Virus record (IMG/VR): IMGVR_UViG_3300046660_000488
Span: 124,001-188,000 of that record
Direction: 5' to 3' (one strand)
Length of the DNA: 64,000 bases
Shown here: in pieces, positions 45,449 to 54,024 of the stretch
How the letters are laid out: every line of letters begins with the position of its first letter
Numbering within the stretch: the stretch's first letter is position 1
The notes under the pieces: model-generated
Database searches by the model: none
What the model saw: only the letters and a program-made list of their open reading frames with translations
Told to the model about the DNA's origin: nothing
Program-made: the position numbers and the translations under genes

Positions 45449-46801
45449 ATGATTCGAGGCATGGATTACTTCTACGACGCCCAAATCTATCGGTTCTTGG
45501 AGCAGATCGTTCGCGCCTATTCCGGTTTCAAATACATGACCGGATCGCGCGCGGGCCTGCCTCCCGTCGAGCAAGTCGTCCCTGTTCGGATGGCCCCCAC
45601 CGACCGACTGGTTGCTTCGATCATGAAGAACCTGTCGGACAACACCCTGTTCGCGGCGCCACTGATTGCGGTGTACATCACCGGCGTCAGCGGTCGCCGC
45701 GACGACCTCCAGAACCCGGCCCACGTGGACACTCGTCAAGTCGTCGAGCGCGCCATCGACCCGGTCTCCGGAGAGTATGAGCACGGTCGCGGCAAGTCCT
45801 ACACGGTCAAGCGCCTGATGGCCCTGCCGATGACGATGACCGTCAACGTGGACGTCTGGACGACGAACCTGAACCAGAAGCTTCAGCTTCTGGAGCAGAT
45901 CACCATCGCCACCTACCCGGACTTCGACATCCAGAACTCGAACAACGCGCTCGACTGGACGGCCCTGACCCGCGTGCAGGTTCGCGACGACATCACGTTC
46001 ACCTCGCGCGCCATCCCGATTGGAACGGCCGACGAGATCGACATCATGACGTTCACGCTGGACATCCCGTTCTGGCTGTCGCCGCCCGCGATCATCACGC
46101 AACAGATGCTCATCGAGCAAATCGTCACCGACGTCTCGGAAGAGAAACCCACACCGGGCATCGTCACCGATTCCGGACACTACGGCGATCCGATGTGGCA
46201 ACAGGTCACGACGCCGGGCAACTACCGGGTCAACGTCTCCGGCAACGAGATCACCCTGATCAATGACGCTGGCGAGCCCTTCGACGACCAAGGCTACCCC
46301 AACTCGTGGGAGCGCCTGATCAACCAGTACGGCGTGCTCCGTCCGGCGGAAAGCAAGCTGATCCTGAAGAACGAGATCGAAGAGCCGCTTGGCATCGTCG
46401 GAACGCTTCAACCCGATCCGACGCGACCGAACGTCCTGTTCTGGCAGATCGACCCCGACACGCTCCCGGTCAACACCTTGCAGCCGATTGACGGCGTCGT
46501 CGATCCGCACAAGTCGTTCCCCGGTGGTGGATTGCCCCAACCCGTCCCCGGCCAGCGCTATCTGATCGTCAGCGACATCGGAACCAGTCAGGTCTGGGGT
46601 GTGCTGAACGCCAAGTATGGCGACATCATCGAATACTCCACGCTGGGCTGGAACGTGGCGTTCAACGCCGCTCTGAACACCAGTTCCACGCAATACGTGC
46701 TCAACCTCGCGAAGGGCGCGCAGATGAAATGGACCGGTGAAGACTGGACTATGGCCATTGACGGCGAGTATCCACCGGGACTGTGGCGTCTAAACTTGTA
46801 A
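45449..46801 (+). CDS. Tail sheath stabilizer/completion protein (T4 gp15-like)
   Basis: YFYD.QI.RF..Q, VPVR.A..DR, P......VDVWT.N..QKLQLLEQI, IDI.T.T. Confidence 0.75.
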   Translation: MIRGMDYFYDAQIYRFLEQIVRAYSGFKYMTGSRAGLPPVEQVVPVRMAPTDRLVASIMKNLSDNTLFAAPLIAVYITGVSGRRDDLQNPAHVDTRQVVERAIDPVSGEYEHGRGKSYTVKRLMALPMTMTVNVDVWTTNLNQKLQLLEQITIATYPDFDIQNSNNALDWTALTRVQVRDDITFTSRAIPIGTADEIDIMTFTLDIPFWLSPPAIITQQMLIEQIVTDVSEEKPTPGIVTDSGHYGDPMWQQVTTPGNYRVNVSGNEITLINDAGEPFDDQGYPNSWERLINQYGVLRPAESKLILKNEIEEPLGIVGTLQPDPTRPNVLFWQIDPDTLPVNTLQPIDGVVDPHKSFPGGGLPQPVPGQRYLIVSDIGTSQVWGVLNAKYGDIIEYSTLGWNVAFNAALNTSSTQYVLNLAKGAQMKWTGEDWTMAIDGEYPPGLWRLNL

Positions 46802-46808
46802 TCTGTGC

Positions 46809-46863
46809 TTGACACAAGCATAGGGTAGTGTACTGTGCGGCTTCCTACAACGCAGGAGGCCGC
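46809..46863 (+). promoter_or_regulatory. Sigma70 promoter with an SD-sequestering hairpin
   Basis: TTGACA-N16-TACTGT; stem GCGGCTTCCT/AGGAGGCCGC (46837-46863). Confidence 0.7.
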
Positions 46864-46865
46864 GC

Positions 46866-47234
46866 ATGACTCATTTCGTTCTCGTTCCCATGGAAGTCGT
46901 CGAGGACCGTGGCGACAACTACACTCGCGTGTGGGTTCCCGGCCTGACTTCGGCGGGTATCGGCGGCGACATGCGGACCAGCGATCTGGAGCAGTATCAG
47001 GGCGCGACGACCTACACCGAGAACGAATTCACCCAAGCCTGCGAACAGGTTCTGGGCATCGAAGTCGCTCAAGTCATGCTCAAGGGCACGGTCGGCGGCA
47101 AGGTCACCACCATGAACATGGCGATCAACCAAGCGTTCGTGCACGGCTGCACCGACGCCAAGGCCATCGCCGTCCTGCGCTCCATCGCCAAGGGCCTGAA
47201 CGATCTCGGCTATCTGGCCTTCCGTCAGGACTGA
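46866..47234 (+). CDS. Hypothetical protein
   Basis: AGGAGG SD. Confidence 0.65.
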   Translation: MTHFVLVPMEVVEDRGDNYTRVWVPGLTSAGIGGDMRTSDLEQYQGATTYTENEFTQACEQVLGIEVAQVMLKGTVGGKVTTMNMAINQAFVHGCTDAKAIAVLRSIAKGLNDLGYLAFRQD

Positions 47235-47239
47235 TCAGC

Positions 47240-47677
47240 ATGGAACCCCTCTACACCAAGCGCGAATTCGTCGATGCGATGAAGGCGGTCCTCGGCGACA
47301 GCTTCAAGATCAGCACGCAGGAAACCGTCCGCAACCTGACGATCCCGCTCGAAGCGGCCGTCCTGCGTGCGTTCACCTACGGCTCCGACGTCAAGGTCGC
47401 CGACATCCTGCGCTGGGCCTATAAATCCACGCTGGAGAACCAGACGATCAAATTCAAGGAAGCCATCGTGCTGACCATGGAGCAGCGCTCCAAGCTGGCC
47501 GACATGATCGACGCCCGGCGCGGAGTGAGCGTCAGCGGCCATCACCGCGATGATGCTCGGGACCATCGGGTTCTGGCTCACCACGGCTTCCTGACCATCT
47601 TCACCTACGCCAACGGCGACCACTACGAAGTGACGGACGCCGGTCACCAATTCCACGATGCTAATCCGTTCGACTAG
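47240..47677 (+). CDS. Hypothetical protein
   Basis: Coding-like codon usage. Confidence 0.6.
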   Translation: MEPLYTKREFVDAMKAVLGDSFKISTQETVRNLTIPLEAAVLRAFTYGSDVKVADILRWAYKSTLENQTIKFKEAIVLTMEQRSKLADMIDARRGVSVSGHHRDDARDHRVLAHHGFLTIFTYANGDHYEVTDAGHQFHDANPFD

Positions 47678-47685
47678 GAGGGACC

Positions 47686-48456
47686 ATGTTCGCAATCATC
47701 ACCTCGCGCCTCCGCGCCACACTGACCTACCTCCTGTTCGTCGGCTGTTTCGCTGGCGGCACGGCCGCGCTCCTGTCGTGGATGCTCTCGGCCAACGGCA
47801 CACCAGCGACGGACCCACGATCCATCACGGGTCTGGCCATCATCATCGGCTCCGTGGTCGGCTCCCATGCGTGGGCCGTCTGTGGGTCCATCCGCGAGGC
47901 CCCGCCGCTCCCGAAGGCGCTGCGCGTGTTCGCCAAGATCGTGACCCATTTCCAGTCGGCCATCAGCGTCATGACCATCTGCGCGCTGCTGTTCGTCTAC
48001 GGGCCGCCGATCTCGCAGATCACGCTGTGGGTGTCCGCCATCGTGTCGGGCTGGATGACCGCTGTCGCCTTCCCGATCCGGCGTCATCGCATCGCCTTCA
48101 CCAAATTCGCGGCCGAGCGCCAGAAGATCGCCGTTGAACTGAAGACGGCCATCGAAGACGTCCTGACGCGACCGGTGGCCGGGTACACACCCGAAGGCAT
48201 CGGCCACATCTACGCCCCTTTCTACGCGCCCATCGCAGCGATAGCTACGGTCGGCTATCTGCCGGAATGGGAGCGCCGGGTTTGGCGCGGAGCGATGATC
48301 CAGACCGAACGCCTCGTCCCGAACCTGTCGCACGAAGTCCCGGCTCTGAAGCTGATCATGGAGACCTGCGAACGGTTCACGTCGCTGGACATGAAATCGA
48401 CGGAGAACGACAAGCTCATGCTCGAAAGCTGCATCGAGCGCCTGAAGGTGGCCTGA
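47686..48456 (+). CDS. Multi-pass membrane protein
   Basis: AGGAGG SD; four hydrophobic segments. Confidence 0.65.
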   Translation: MFAIITSRLRATLTYLLFVGCFAGGTAALLSWMLSANGTPATDPRSITGLAIIIGSVVGSHAWAVCGSIREAPPLPKALRVFAKIVTHFQSAISVMTICALLFVYGPPISQITLWVSAIVSGWMTAVAFPIRRHRIAFTKFAAERQKIAVELKTAIEDVLTRPVAGYTPEGIGHIYAPFYAPIAAIATVGYLPEWERRVWRGAMIQTERLVPNLSHEVPALKLIMETCERFTSLDMKSTENDKLMLESCIERLKVA

Positions 48457-48479
48457 TCACCTCGAAAGATATGGACTAC

Positions 48480-48525
48480 AAAAGCCGTGGTGGGCGATGC
48501 TTAGGCATCATCCCCACGGCTTTTT
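48480..48525 (+). terminator. Terminator-like hairpin abutting the next start codon
   Basis: AAAGCCGTGG/CCACGGCTTT plus GATGC/GCATC; flanked by A- and T-runs. Confidence 0.6.
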
Positions 48526-48526
48526 C

Positions 48527-49075
48527 ATGTCCACGTTCTACTGCGTTCGCAACACCCAGACTGGCGCCTACCTGATCCACTCCATCGGCTATACGACGCG
48601 GTGGGCCAAGGCTGGGCACGTCCATGGCTACACGACCGCCCTCGAAGCGGCCAAGATGCAGCGGGCCTACAACTGGGCGCGCCGCAACGTCGCCAACGAG
48701 AAACCGATCTACGGTGACAGCGAACTGGTCGTGCTCAACGCCGACGAGGCAGAAGATCATCAGGCCAAACGTCTGGCGGACATGCTCACCAAGATGATCG
48801 ACGGGGTCGCCTACGATCTGGTCAACGAAATCCTGATGAAGGGCAACCCGAAAGAGGTTCGCTACGTCCTGTCATTCGAGACCGATGAAGAGCCTGACCT
48901 GAAGAATGTCGGCGGCGTCAAGATCATCACCAAGAAAACCGACATGCCCAAATACAGCACGAAGAAATTCGCGCTTGGCGTCGCCTCCGAAAAAGACATG
49001 GTCTACCTGCGATTGAGTTTCGACGGTCTGGTTGGCGCGTGGGACATCATCGAATTCAAGAAAGTATCGTCATGA
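48527..49075 (+). CDS. Hypothetical protein of a paralogous family
   Basis: FYCVRNTQTGAY N-terminus; SEKDMVYLRL C-terminus. Confidence 0.6.
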   Translation: MSTFYCVRNTQTGAYLIHSIGYTTRWAKAGHVHGYTTALEAAKMQRAYNWARRNVANEKPIYGDSELVVLNADEAEDHQAKRLADMLTKMIDGVAYDLVNEILMKGNPKEVRYVLSFETDEEPDLKNVGGVKIITKKTDMPKYSTKKFALGVASEKDMVYLRLSFDGLVGAWDIIEFKKVSS

Positions 49076-50046
49076 GCAAACACGTCATCGTCACCGGCGG
49101 AGCCGGATACATCGGCTCTCACGTGTGTCTGAAGTTGAAGGAAGCCGGGTACAAACCGGTCGCGTTCGACAACCTGTACAACGGCCAAAAATCGGCGGTG
49201 AAATGGGGACCGTTCCGCGACGGCGACGTGCGAAATTACGAGTCGATCAAGTCGGCCATCAGCAAGTATGAGCCCGTGGCGGTAGTGCACATGGCTGGCC
49301 GGATCGAGGTTGGCGACTCCGTCCGTAACCCGGCCAATTACTACCACACCAACGTCGGTGGGACGGCCAACGTTCTGAAAGCCTGCGTGATGAACAACGT
49401 CCCGATGGTGTTTTCTTCCACCTGCGCGACATTCGGCTTCCCTATGGCCGTCCTCGACGAGACCCATCGCCAGCAGCCGCTGAACCCGTACGGCGACAGC
49501 AAGATGCTGGCCGAGCGGATGATGCTGGGGACCATGGAGAACAGCAAATGGCAGGGTATCATTCTGCGCTATTTCAACGCTGCTGGCGCCGATCCTGAAG
49601 GCCGCATCGGCGAAGACCACACGCCGGAGACGCACCTGATCCCGCTGCTCCTGCAAGCGGCCATCGACGGCACCCCGTTCGATGTCTACGGCACGAATTG
49701 GCGAACCGACGACGGAACCTGCGTGCGCGATTACGTCCACGTGATGGACCTCGCAGACGCCCACGTCGCGGCCGTGAAAAAGCTGGAAGGCGCGACTGAC
49801 GTGCTGGAGTTCGTCGATTACAATCTCGGCACGGGCAAAGGCTATTCAGTGTTCGAGGTGATCGCCACCGTCGAGCGGATCACCGGCAAGGAAATCAACT
49901 GGGTGGCGGCCGACCGGCGGCCGGGCGACGCCGATGCTCTGGTCGCCGATCCGTCGCGCGCGCGGCGCGGGCTCCACTGGGAAGCACAGTACGACCTCGA
50001 CGATATGGTCAAGCATGCCTATGCGTGGTTGACAAGCAAGTCGTAA
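49072..50046 (+). CDS. galE: UDP-glucose 4-epimerase
   Basis: VTGGAGYIGSH, NPYGDSK (YxxxK), LRYFNAAGA, RDYVHV.DLA.AH, RRPGD. Confidence 0.95.
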   Translation: MSKHVIVTGGAGYIGSHVCLKLKEAGYKPVAFDNLYNGQKSAVKWGPFRDGDVRNYESIKSAISKYEPVAVVHMAGRIEVGDSVRNPANYYHTNVGGTANVLKACVMNNVPMVFSSTCATFGFPMAVLDETHRQQPLNPYGDSKMLAERMMLGTMENSKWQGIILRYFNAAGADPEGRIGEDHTPETHLIPLLLQAAIDGTPFDVYGTNWRTDDGTCVRDYVHVMDLADAHVAAVKKLEGATDVLEFVDYNLGTGKGYSVFEVIATVERITGKEINWVAADRRPGDADALVADPSRARRGLHWEAQYDLDDMVKHAYAWLTSKS

Positions 50047-50057
50047 ACCAGTATAGA
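50029..50057 (+). promoter_or_regulatory. Sigma70 promoter within the 3' end of galE driving the ncRNA
   Basis: (TGG)TTGACA-N17-TATAGA. Confidence 0.75.
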
Positions 50058-50063
50058 CGCAAT

Positions 50064-50344
50064 TGGAATGTGACGTGGCATGGCACCCGCAAGGGGATCG
50101 CGACAGTCTTGGGGTTCAAGTCCCCTTCACGTCATGGGGCGACGGTCCCAGCATTTCAGCAAGGCCGGTCGGTTTGGATGATCGCAAAGTCCGGGCCGCC
50201 CGTGGACTCCCTTGTTGGTACGAAACAGGTGCGCTTGGCAGTGCATCGTTGATCAGGACAGCCATCCTGACATAGCGCGTACGAGCTTGGATCAGTTATG
50301 CGGGCACAGGCAGTGTAGGTGGCCGCTCTCTTCGGAGGGCGGCC
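50064..50344 (+). ncRNA. Candidate ncRNA of about 280 nt with a 5' tRNA-like domain
   Basis: Own promoter; acceptor-like stem 50072-78/50127-33; T-arm GGGG-TTCAAGT-CCCC; further hairpins; terminal 10-bp cUUCGg hairpin; no credible ORF. Confidence 0.65.
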
Positions 50345-50353
50345 ATCATCGTT

Positions 50354-50668
50354 TTAGAACAGGATCACCGGGACCGTGGCGATCCCCAGTTCCTTGGCCG
50401 CGTTCGCGCGGTGGCGACCATCTTCCTTGCCATTGGCGTAGATGATCAGCGGATCGAGCGTCCGCCCGCTCTGGATGTGGTTCTTCAGGTCGTCGATATT
50501 GTCGCGCGAGACGTCGTCGATTTCGAGCGGCCGAACCTTGCTGAGGTATTCGTCCGGGGTCATGGACACCATCCTCCCACCGTTCTGCTGATAGTTGGCC
50601 TCGCCGTACCACTCATCGCGAGGGGCCAGCGGATAGGAACGGGCTTCGGTCAATTCGTGAAAGCGCAT
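50354..50668 (-). CDS. Late ParB/Srx-like small protein, putative internal head protein
   Basis: TAAATA (50678-73)-N4-ATG; MRFHELTE leader; DPLII...EDGRHRA..A..LG...VPV. Confidence 0.7.
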   Translation of the reverse strand: MRFHELTEARSYPLAPRDEWYGEANYQQNGGRMVSMTPDEYLSKVRPLEIDDVSRDNIDDLKNHIQSGRTLDPLIIYANGKEDGRHRANAAKELGIATVPVILF

Positions 50669-50712
50669 GCGGTATTTATTGACGCCGATTGACTGGTAAA
50701 CTAAATTAACGT

Positions 50713-50871
50713 ATGGAAACTGCTCGGATCGATTGGAAGTGGGCGCGGCGAGAATTCGTCAACACGCTCCGTCTCTATTTTCTTCCGGTCACGTTCCTGT
50801 GGACCTTGATCACCAAGGGCCGCGAACCGGCCGTGGCACATGTCACGGCTATCCTTGAATCAAACCTCTAA
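50713..50871 (+). CDS. 52-aa small protein absent from the ORF track
   Basis: TTGACG-N17-TAAATT-N5-ATG; METARIDWKWARREFVNTLRLYFLPVTFLW. Confidence 0.55.
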   Translation: METARIDWKWARREFVNTLRLYFLPVTFLWTLITKGREPAVAHVTAILESNL

Positions 50872-50901
50872 TTATACGGGTGTAAAGCAAATGTTGGACG
50901 T

Positions 50902-52425
50902 ACGCAGCTAACGAAGACCTTCGACCATCGCTCCGAAGAGTCTTCCATCTATAACACATGGGAACAGGAAGGAGCTTTCGCGCCACGCGGAAATGGTCCT
51001 GCCTACTTCCTTCCGATGCCACCGCCGAACATCACCGGCATCCTGCACATGGGTCACGCCCTCTTCGCGACATTGCAGGACATTTCGACCCGATACCACC
51101 GGATGGCAGGCGATTGCACGCTCTGGCTCCCCGGCACGGATCACGCGGGTCTGGCGACGAACACCAAGATCACGGCGCTTATGCTGGAAGACGGGCTGAA
51201 CCCCGACGATCCGGAAGAATTCGACCTGTTCGCCGACATCTACAAGAAGAGCCTCCGCAACACGATCAGCGGCCAACTCCGTTCCTGCGGCGCCAGCGCC
51301 GACTGGAGCCGTGAGACGTTCACGCTGGACGAAGGGTACTCCCGCGCCGTTCTGACGGCCATGGAGCGCTGTGAGGCCGCTGGAATGCTCTATGGGCAGG
51401 ATGGGCAGTGGTGGCTCAACATGAAGCCTCTGGCTGACCGTCTGCTGGCCGAACTCGATGAAGGAAACATCGAGATCATCCCGGCCGGGCAGGAAGGCAC
51501 GCTCCGCAACTTCATCGAGAAAATCGAGCCGTGGTGCATCAGCCGCCAGATCAGGTGGGGCCACAAGCTCCCGATCTGGATCAGGGGCAATGCGCGCATG
51601 ATCTCGGCGGAATCGCCGGGCGGCGGCTGGAAGCAGGAAGACGGTTGCCTCGACACGTGGTTCTCGTCGGCCCTCTGGCCGTTCGCCACGCTGGGCTGGC
51701 CGGACGACACCGAGGACATGCGTCGGTTCTATCCGGCCGCGATGATCGAGACGGCTGACGACATCCTGTTCTTCTGGTGTGCTCGCATGCTGATGATGGG
51801 CCTTCTGCTCACCGATCAATTGCCGTTCAAGACGATCTTCCTGCACGGGCTGATCCGCGACAAGCACGGCAAGAAGATGAGCAAATCGGAAGGCAATGGC
51901 ATCGACCCGCTGGAGATCATCGACCGCTACGGCTGCGACAGCATGCGCTTTGCGCTGGCTGAATCCGCCACGCCCGGTCAGGACATGCGGATGTGGGACG
52001 ACAAATTCCAAGCCGGAAAGGCCCTGCGGACGAAGCTGTGGAACGCGGCGCGCTATGCGCTGAGCCACTACGACCGCATGGGACGGCCAGAGATCGAAGC
52101 TCTGGCCAACCTCAACCGCATGGACGACTTCCATTTCGTCAAGCGGACGCAGGAAGCCTCTGAGACCATCCAGATGGCCTACCGCGACCTTCGATACCAT
52201 GAGGCTGCACACGAGCTTCGTCGATACATTTTCGACGATCTGTGCGGCACGTTCATCGAAGCCACGAAGAGCCGTCTCTACGACGACAACGATCCGAAGG
52301 CCCTCAACACCTTGATGTGGGCTCTGGACATGACTTGCCGGATGGCTCACCCGATCATGCCGTTCGTCACCGAACGCATCCGGGCGACGTTCTCCGACAA
52401 GCCTTTGATTACTGACACTTTCTAA
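50902..52425 (+). CDS. valS: Minimal valyl-tRNA synthetase lacking the editing domain; start codon non-canonical or frameshifted
   Basis: KTFD..E..IY..WE..G.F, PPPNITG.LHMGHA, PGTDHAGLAT, WCISRQ..WGH, DTWFSSALWP, KMSKS.GN. Confidence 0.9.
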   Translation, partial: TQLTKTFDHRSEESSIYNTWEQEGAFAPRGNGPAYFLPMPPPNITGILHMGHALFATLQDISTRYHRMAGDCTLWLPGTDHAGLATNTKITALMLEDGLNPDDPEEFDLFADIYKKSLRNTISGQLRSCGASADWSRETFTLDEGYSRAVLTAMERCEAAGMLYGQDGQWWLNMKPLADRLLAELDEGNIEIIPAGQEGTLRNFIEKIEPWCISRQIRWGHKLPIWIRGNARMISAESPGGGWKQEDGCLDTWFSSALWPFATLGWPDDTEDMRRFYPAAMIETADDILFFWCARMLMMGLLLTDQLPFKTIFLHGLIRDKHGKKMSKSEGNGIDPLEIIDRYGCDSMRFALAESATPGQDMRMWDDKFQAGKALRTKLWNAARYALSHYDRMGRPEIEALANLNRMDDFHFVKRTQEASETIQMAYRDLRYHEAAHELRRYIFDDLCGTFIEATKSRLYDDNDPKALNTLMWALDMTCRMAHPIMPFVTERIRATFSDKPLITDTF

Positions 52426-52456
52426 ATACTTCGGGCCACGGTTTAGGTCGTGGCCC
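52423..52456 (+). promoter_or_regulatory. Late promoter overlapping the valS stop, followed by a GC hairpin
   Basis: TAAATA at 52423-28; GGGCCACG/CGTGGCCC at 52433-56. Confidence 0.55.
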
Positions 52457-52481
52457 ACCATACTCAAACCATTTGAAGTCC

Positions 52482-53354
52482 ATGACCGTATTCAACAAAG
52501 TTGCGACCGAAATATTCGGTGAGCTTCCTCCGCAAAAGATGCGTCAGGTTGCTTCAGAAATCGAGCAATACTATTTCAGCAAGTACAAAGGTCCAACTGA
52601 GGTCCCCACTCGTTTTAGGGATTTCTTGCCGTATTGCAAAATCCACGCGCAGCCGTCGTACAAGCTGGCCTCCATCAGGCCTCACCAGTATCAGAACGAC
52701 TTGGCGAATAATCTGTCAGGCGTGGCCAATGGTCACCACCATGTGCTGATCAATAGCTCGCGGCAGATGGGCACGACGACGATGCTCATGCTGTTCCAAC
52801 TGTGGTCCGCGCTTCGCACGCCGCTGTCGGACATCCATTTCGCGACGTGGAACCTGAACAGCGCCCACGAAGGCCTCGACCGCATTCGTACGGTTCTGCC
52901 GCACTTGCCGCTCACGTTCGGTGAGGTCGCCTCGATGACGAAATCGGAACTCAAGTTCACCAACGGCTCGCGAATTTCCGGCGCCGCGATAGGCTCGAAC
53001 CACATTGCCGGAAAGCGGTTCTCCACCATCGTCATCGACAACGCCTCGATGGTGGGAATTCACGCTTCTCGGAAGCAAACCCTCGACGACATTTTGCACC
53101 AAGCGGCCGTCTACAACACGCGGGTCGTCATCGCGTCTCAGCCCGGCTATGTCGGCGAGTTCTTCCACAAACTGTGGGCCGATCCGGAAACCGACATCGG
53201 CGGCAAGAGCCGGTTGCAATTTGCCAAGGTCGTCCTGAACTGGCGATCCAACCCGCTGCAAAATACGGGCTGGGCCGCAAGCCATCGGGCGAACCTGCCG
53301 ACGAGCCAGTACCGTCAGGAATTCGAGAACGAGTTCATCTACAAAACAGCTTGA
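52482..53354 (+). CDS. Degenerate large-terminase (gp17) ATPase-domain paralog
   Basis: YQ motif, SRQMGTTT, F.NGS.I, IVIDN, ASQP, YRQEFENEF; no nuclease domain. Confidence 0.75.
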   Translation: MTVFNKVATEIFGELPPQKMRQVASEIEQYYFSKYKGPTEVPTRFRDFLPYCKIHAQPSYKLASIRPHQYQNDLANNLSGVANGHHHVLINSSRQMGTTTMLMLFQLWSALRTPLSDIHFATWNLNSAHEGLDRIRTVLPHLPLTFGEVASMTKSELKFTNGSRISGAAIGSNHIAGKRFSTIVIDNASMVGIHASRKQTLDDILHQAAVYNTRVVIASQPGYVGEFFHKLWADPETDIGGKSRLQFAKVVLNWRSNPLQNTGWAASHRANLPTSQYRQEFENEFIYKTA

Positions 53355-53610
53355 ACAGGGTGATGTCCCGGTCGCTGTGGACGATGTAGCGCCGGTGCGG
53401 GATGCTGCGGCGAAGCACGACGTCAGCCCGTTGGACCTTGCCCTTGGCGTTGTCCACCAGCCACTGGTAATAGGGCATCGCCACTTCGCTGATGGTCACG
53501 AAATCCACCCCGACCGGGAAATCGACGAACCACGGCTGGTTCTTTCCGCCGTGTCGGTCGATCACGAATGGCGAGGATTCGCATGACATACCATCAACGA
53601 ACGGACCCAT
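53335..53610 (-). CDS. Hypothetical protein
   Basis: C-terminal SDRDITLFKLF family motif. Confidence 0.55.
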   Translation of the reverse strand: MGPFVDGMSCESSPFVIDRHGGKNQPWFVDFPVGVDFVTISEVAMPYYQWLVDNAKGKVQRADVVLRRSIPHRRYIVHSDRDITLFKLFCR

Positions 53611-53626
53611 CGCACACTCGACCCAA

Positions 53627-53679
53627 TTTGGTTGACCAGATTACCCGATCCTCTATAATCTCGGCGTCAAGGAGACGCC
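53627..53679 (+). promoter_or_regulatory. Early promoter with an SD-covering hairpin
   Basis: TTTGG-TTGACC-N16-TATAAT; GGCGTC/GACGCC stem (53663-79). Confidence 0.7.
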
Positions 53680-54024
53680 ATGAAAATCGAGTCGATGGGG
53701 GACATCCCTGACAGGGCCTGCCAATACGTCCCGATGACGAACGCCGAGGTGGCCGAAGCCGGTAAGGCGATCTTCCAACACCGTTGGCTACCAAGCTGGC
53801 TGGTGAAAGAAACCGACCTGCTGCACGCGATTTTCCGCCCCCTGATGTTCCTGTCGGCGCTCCAGCGCCGTGAAATGGTCATCGACGGCGTCGTCGATGT
53901 CATCGGCACGTTCCGCAGCCTCACCGGCCACACGGTCAACGGCTTCCCGATCTTCGACGAAATCCGCATGGTCAACGCCGCCGACAAGCAGCGCGTCACC
54001 GAATGGATGTCGCTCCATTGCTGA
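53680..54024 (+). CDS. Hypothetical protein
   Basis: AAGGAG SD. Confidence 0.65.
   Translation: MKIESMGDIPDRACQYVPMTNAEVAEAGKAIFQHRWLPSWLVKETDLLHAIFRPLMFLSALQRREMVIDGVVDVIGTFRSLTGHTVNGFPIFDEIRMVNAADKQRVTEWMSLHC

Noticed and set aside
50025-50275. ORFs 50025-50252 and 50063-50275
   Set aside because: Atypical codon usage, no SD, and they overlap a promoter-bounded structured RNA.
50180-50300. AAAGTCCGGGC resembling RNase P RNA conserved region I
   Set aside because: No GAGGA prefix, and no downstream CR-V / P4 partner (ACAnAAnnCGGCTTA).
50064-50344. Canonical one- or two-piece tmRNA
   Set aside because: No G3-U70 alanine identity, no CCA, the acceptor-like stem closes near the 5' end, and the putative tag lacks an ANDN start and an AA end. 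Kept only as an unclassified ncRNA.
51340-51420. Intron or intein explaining the short ValRS
   Set aside because: The sequence is continuous and in frame across the missing CP1 region; it is a deletion, not an insertion.
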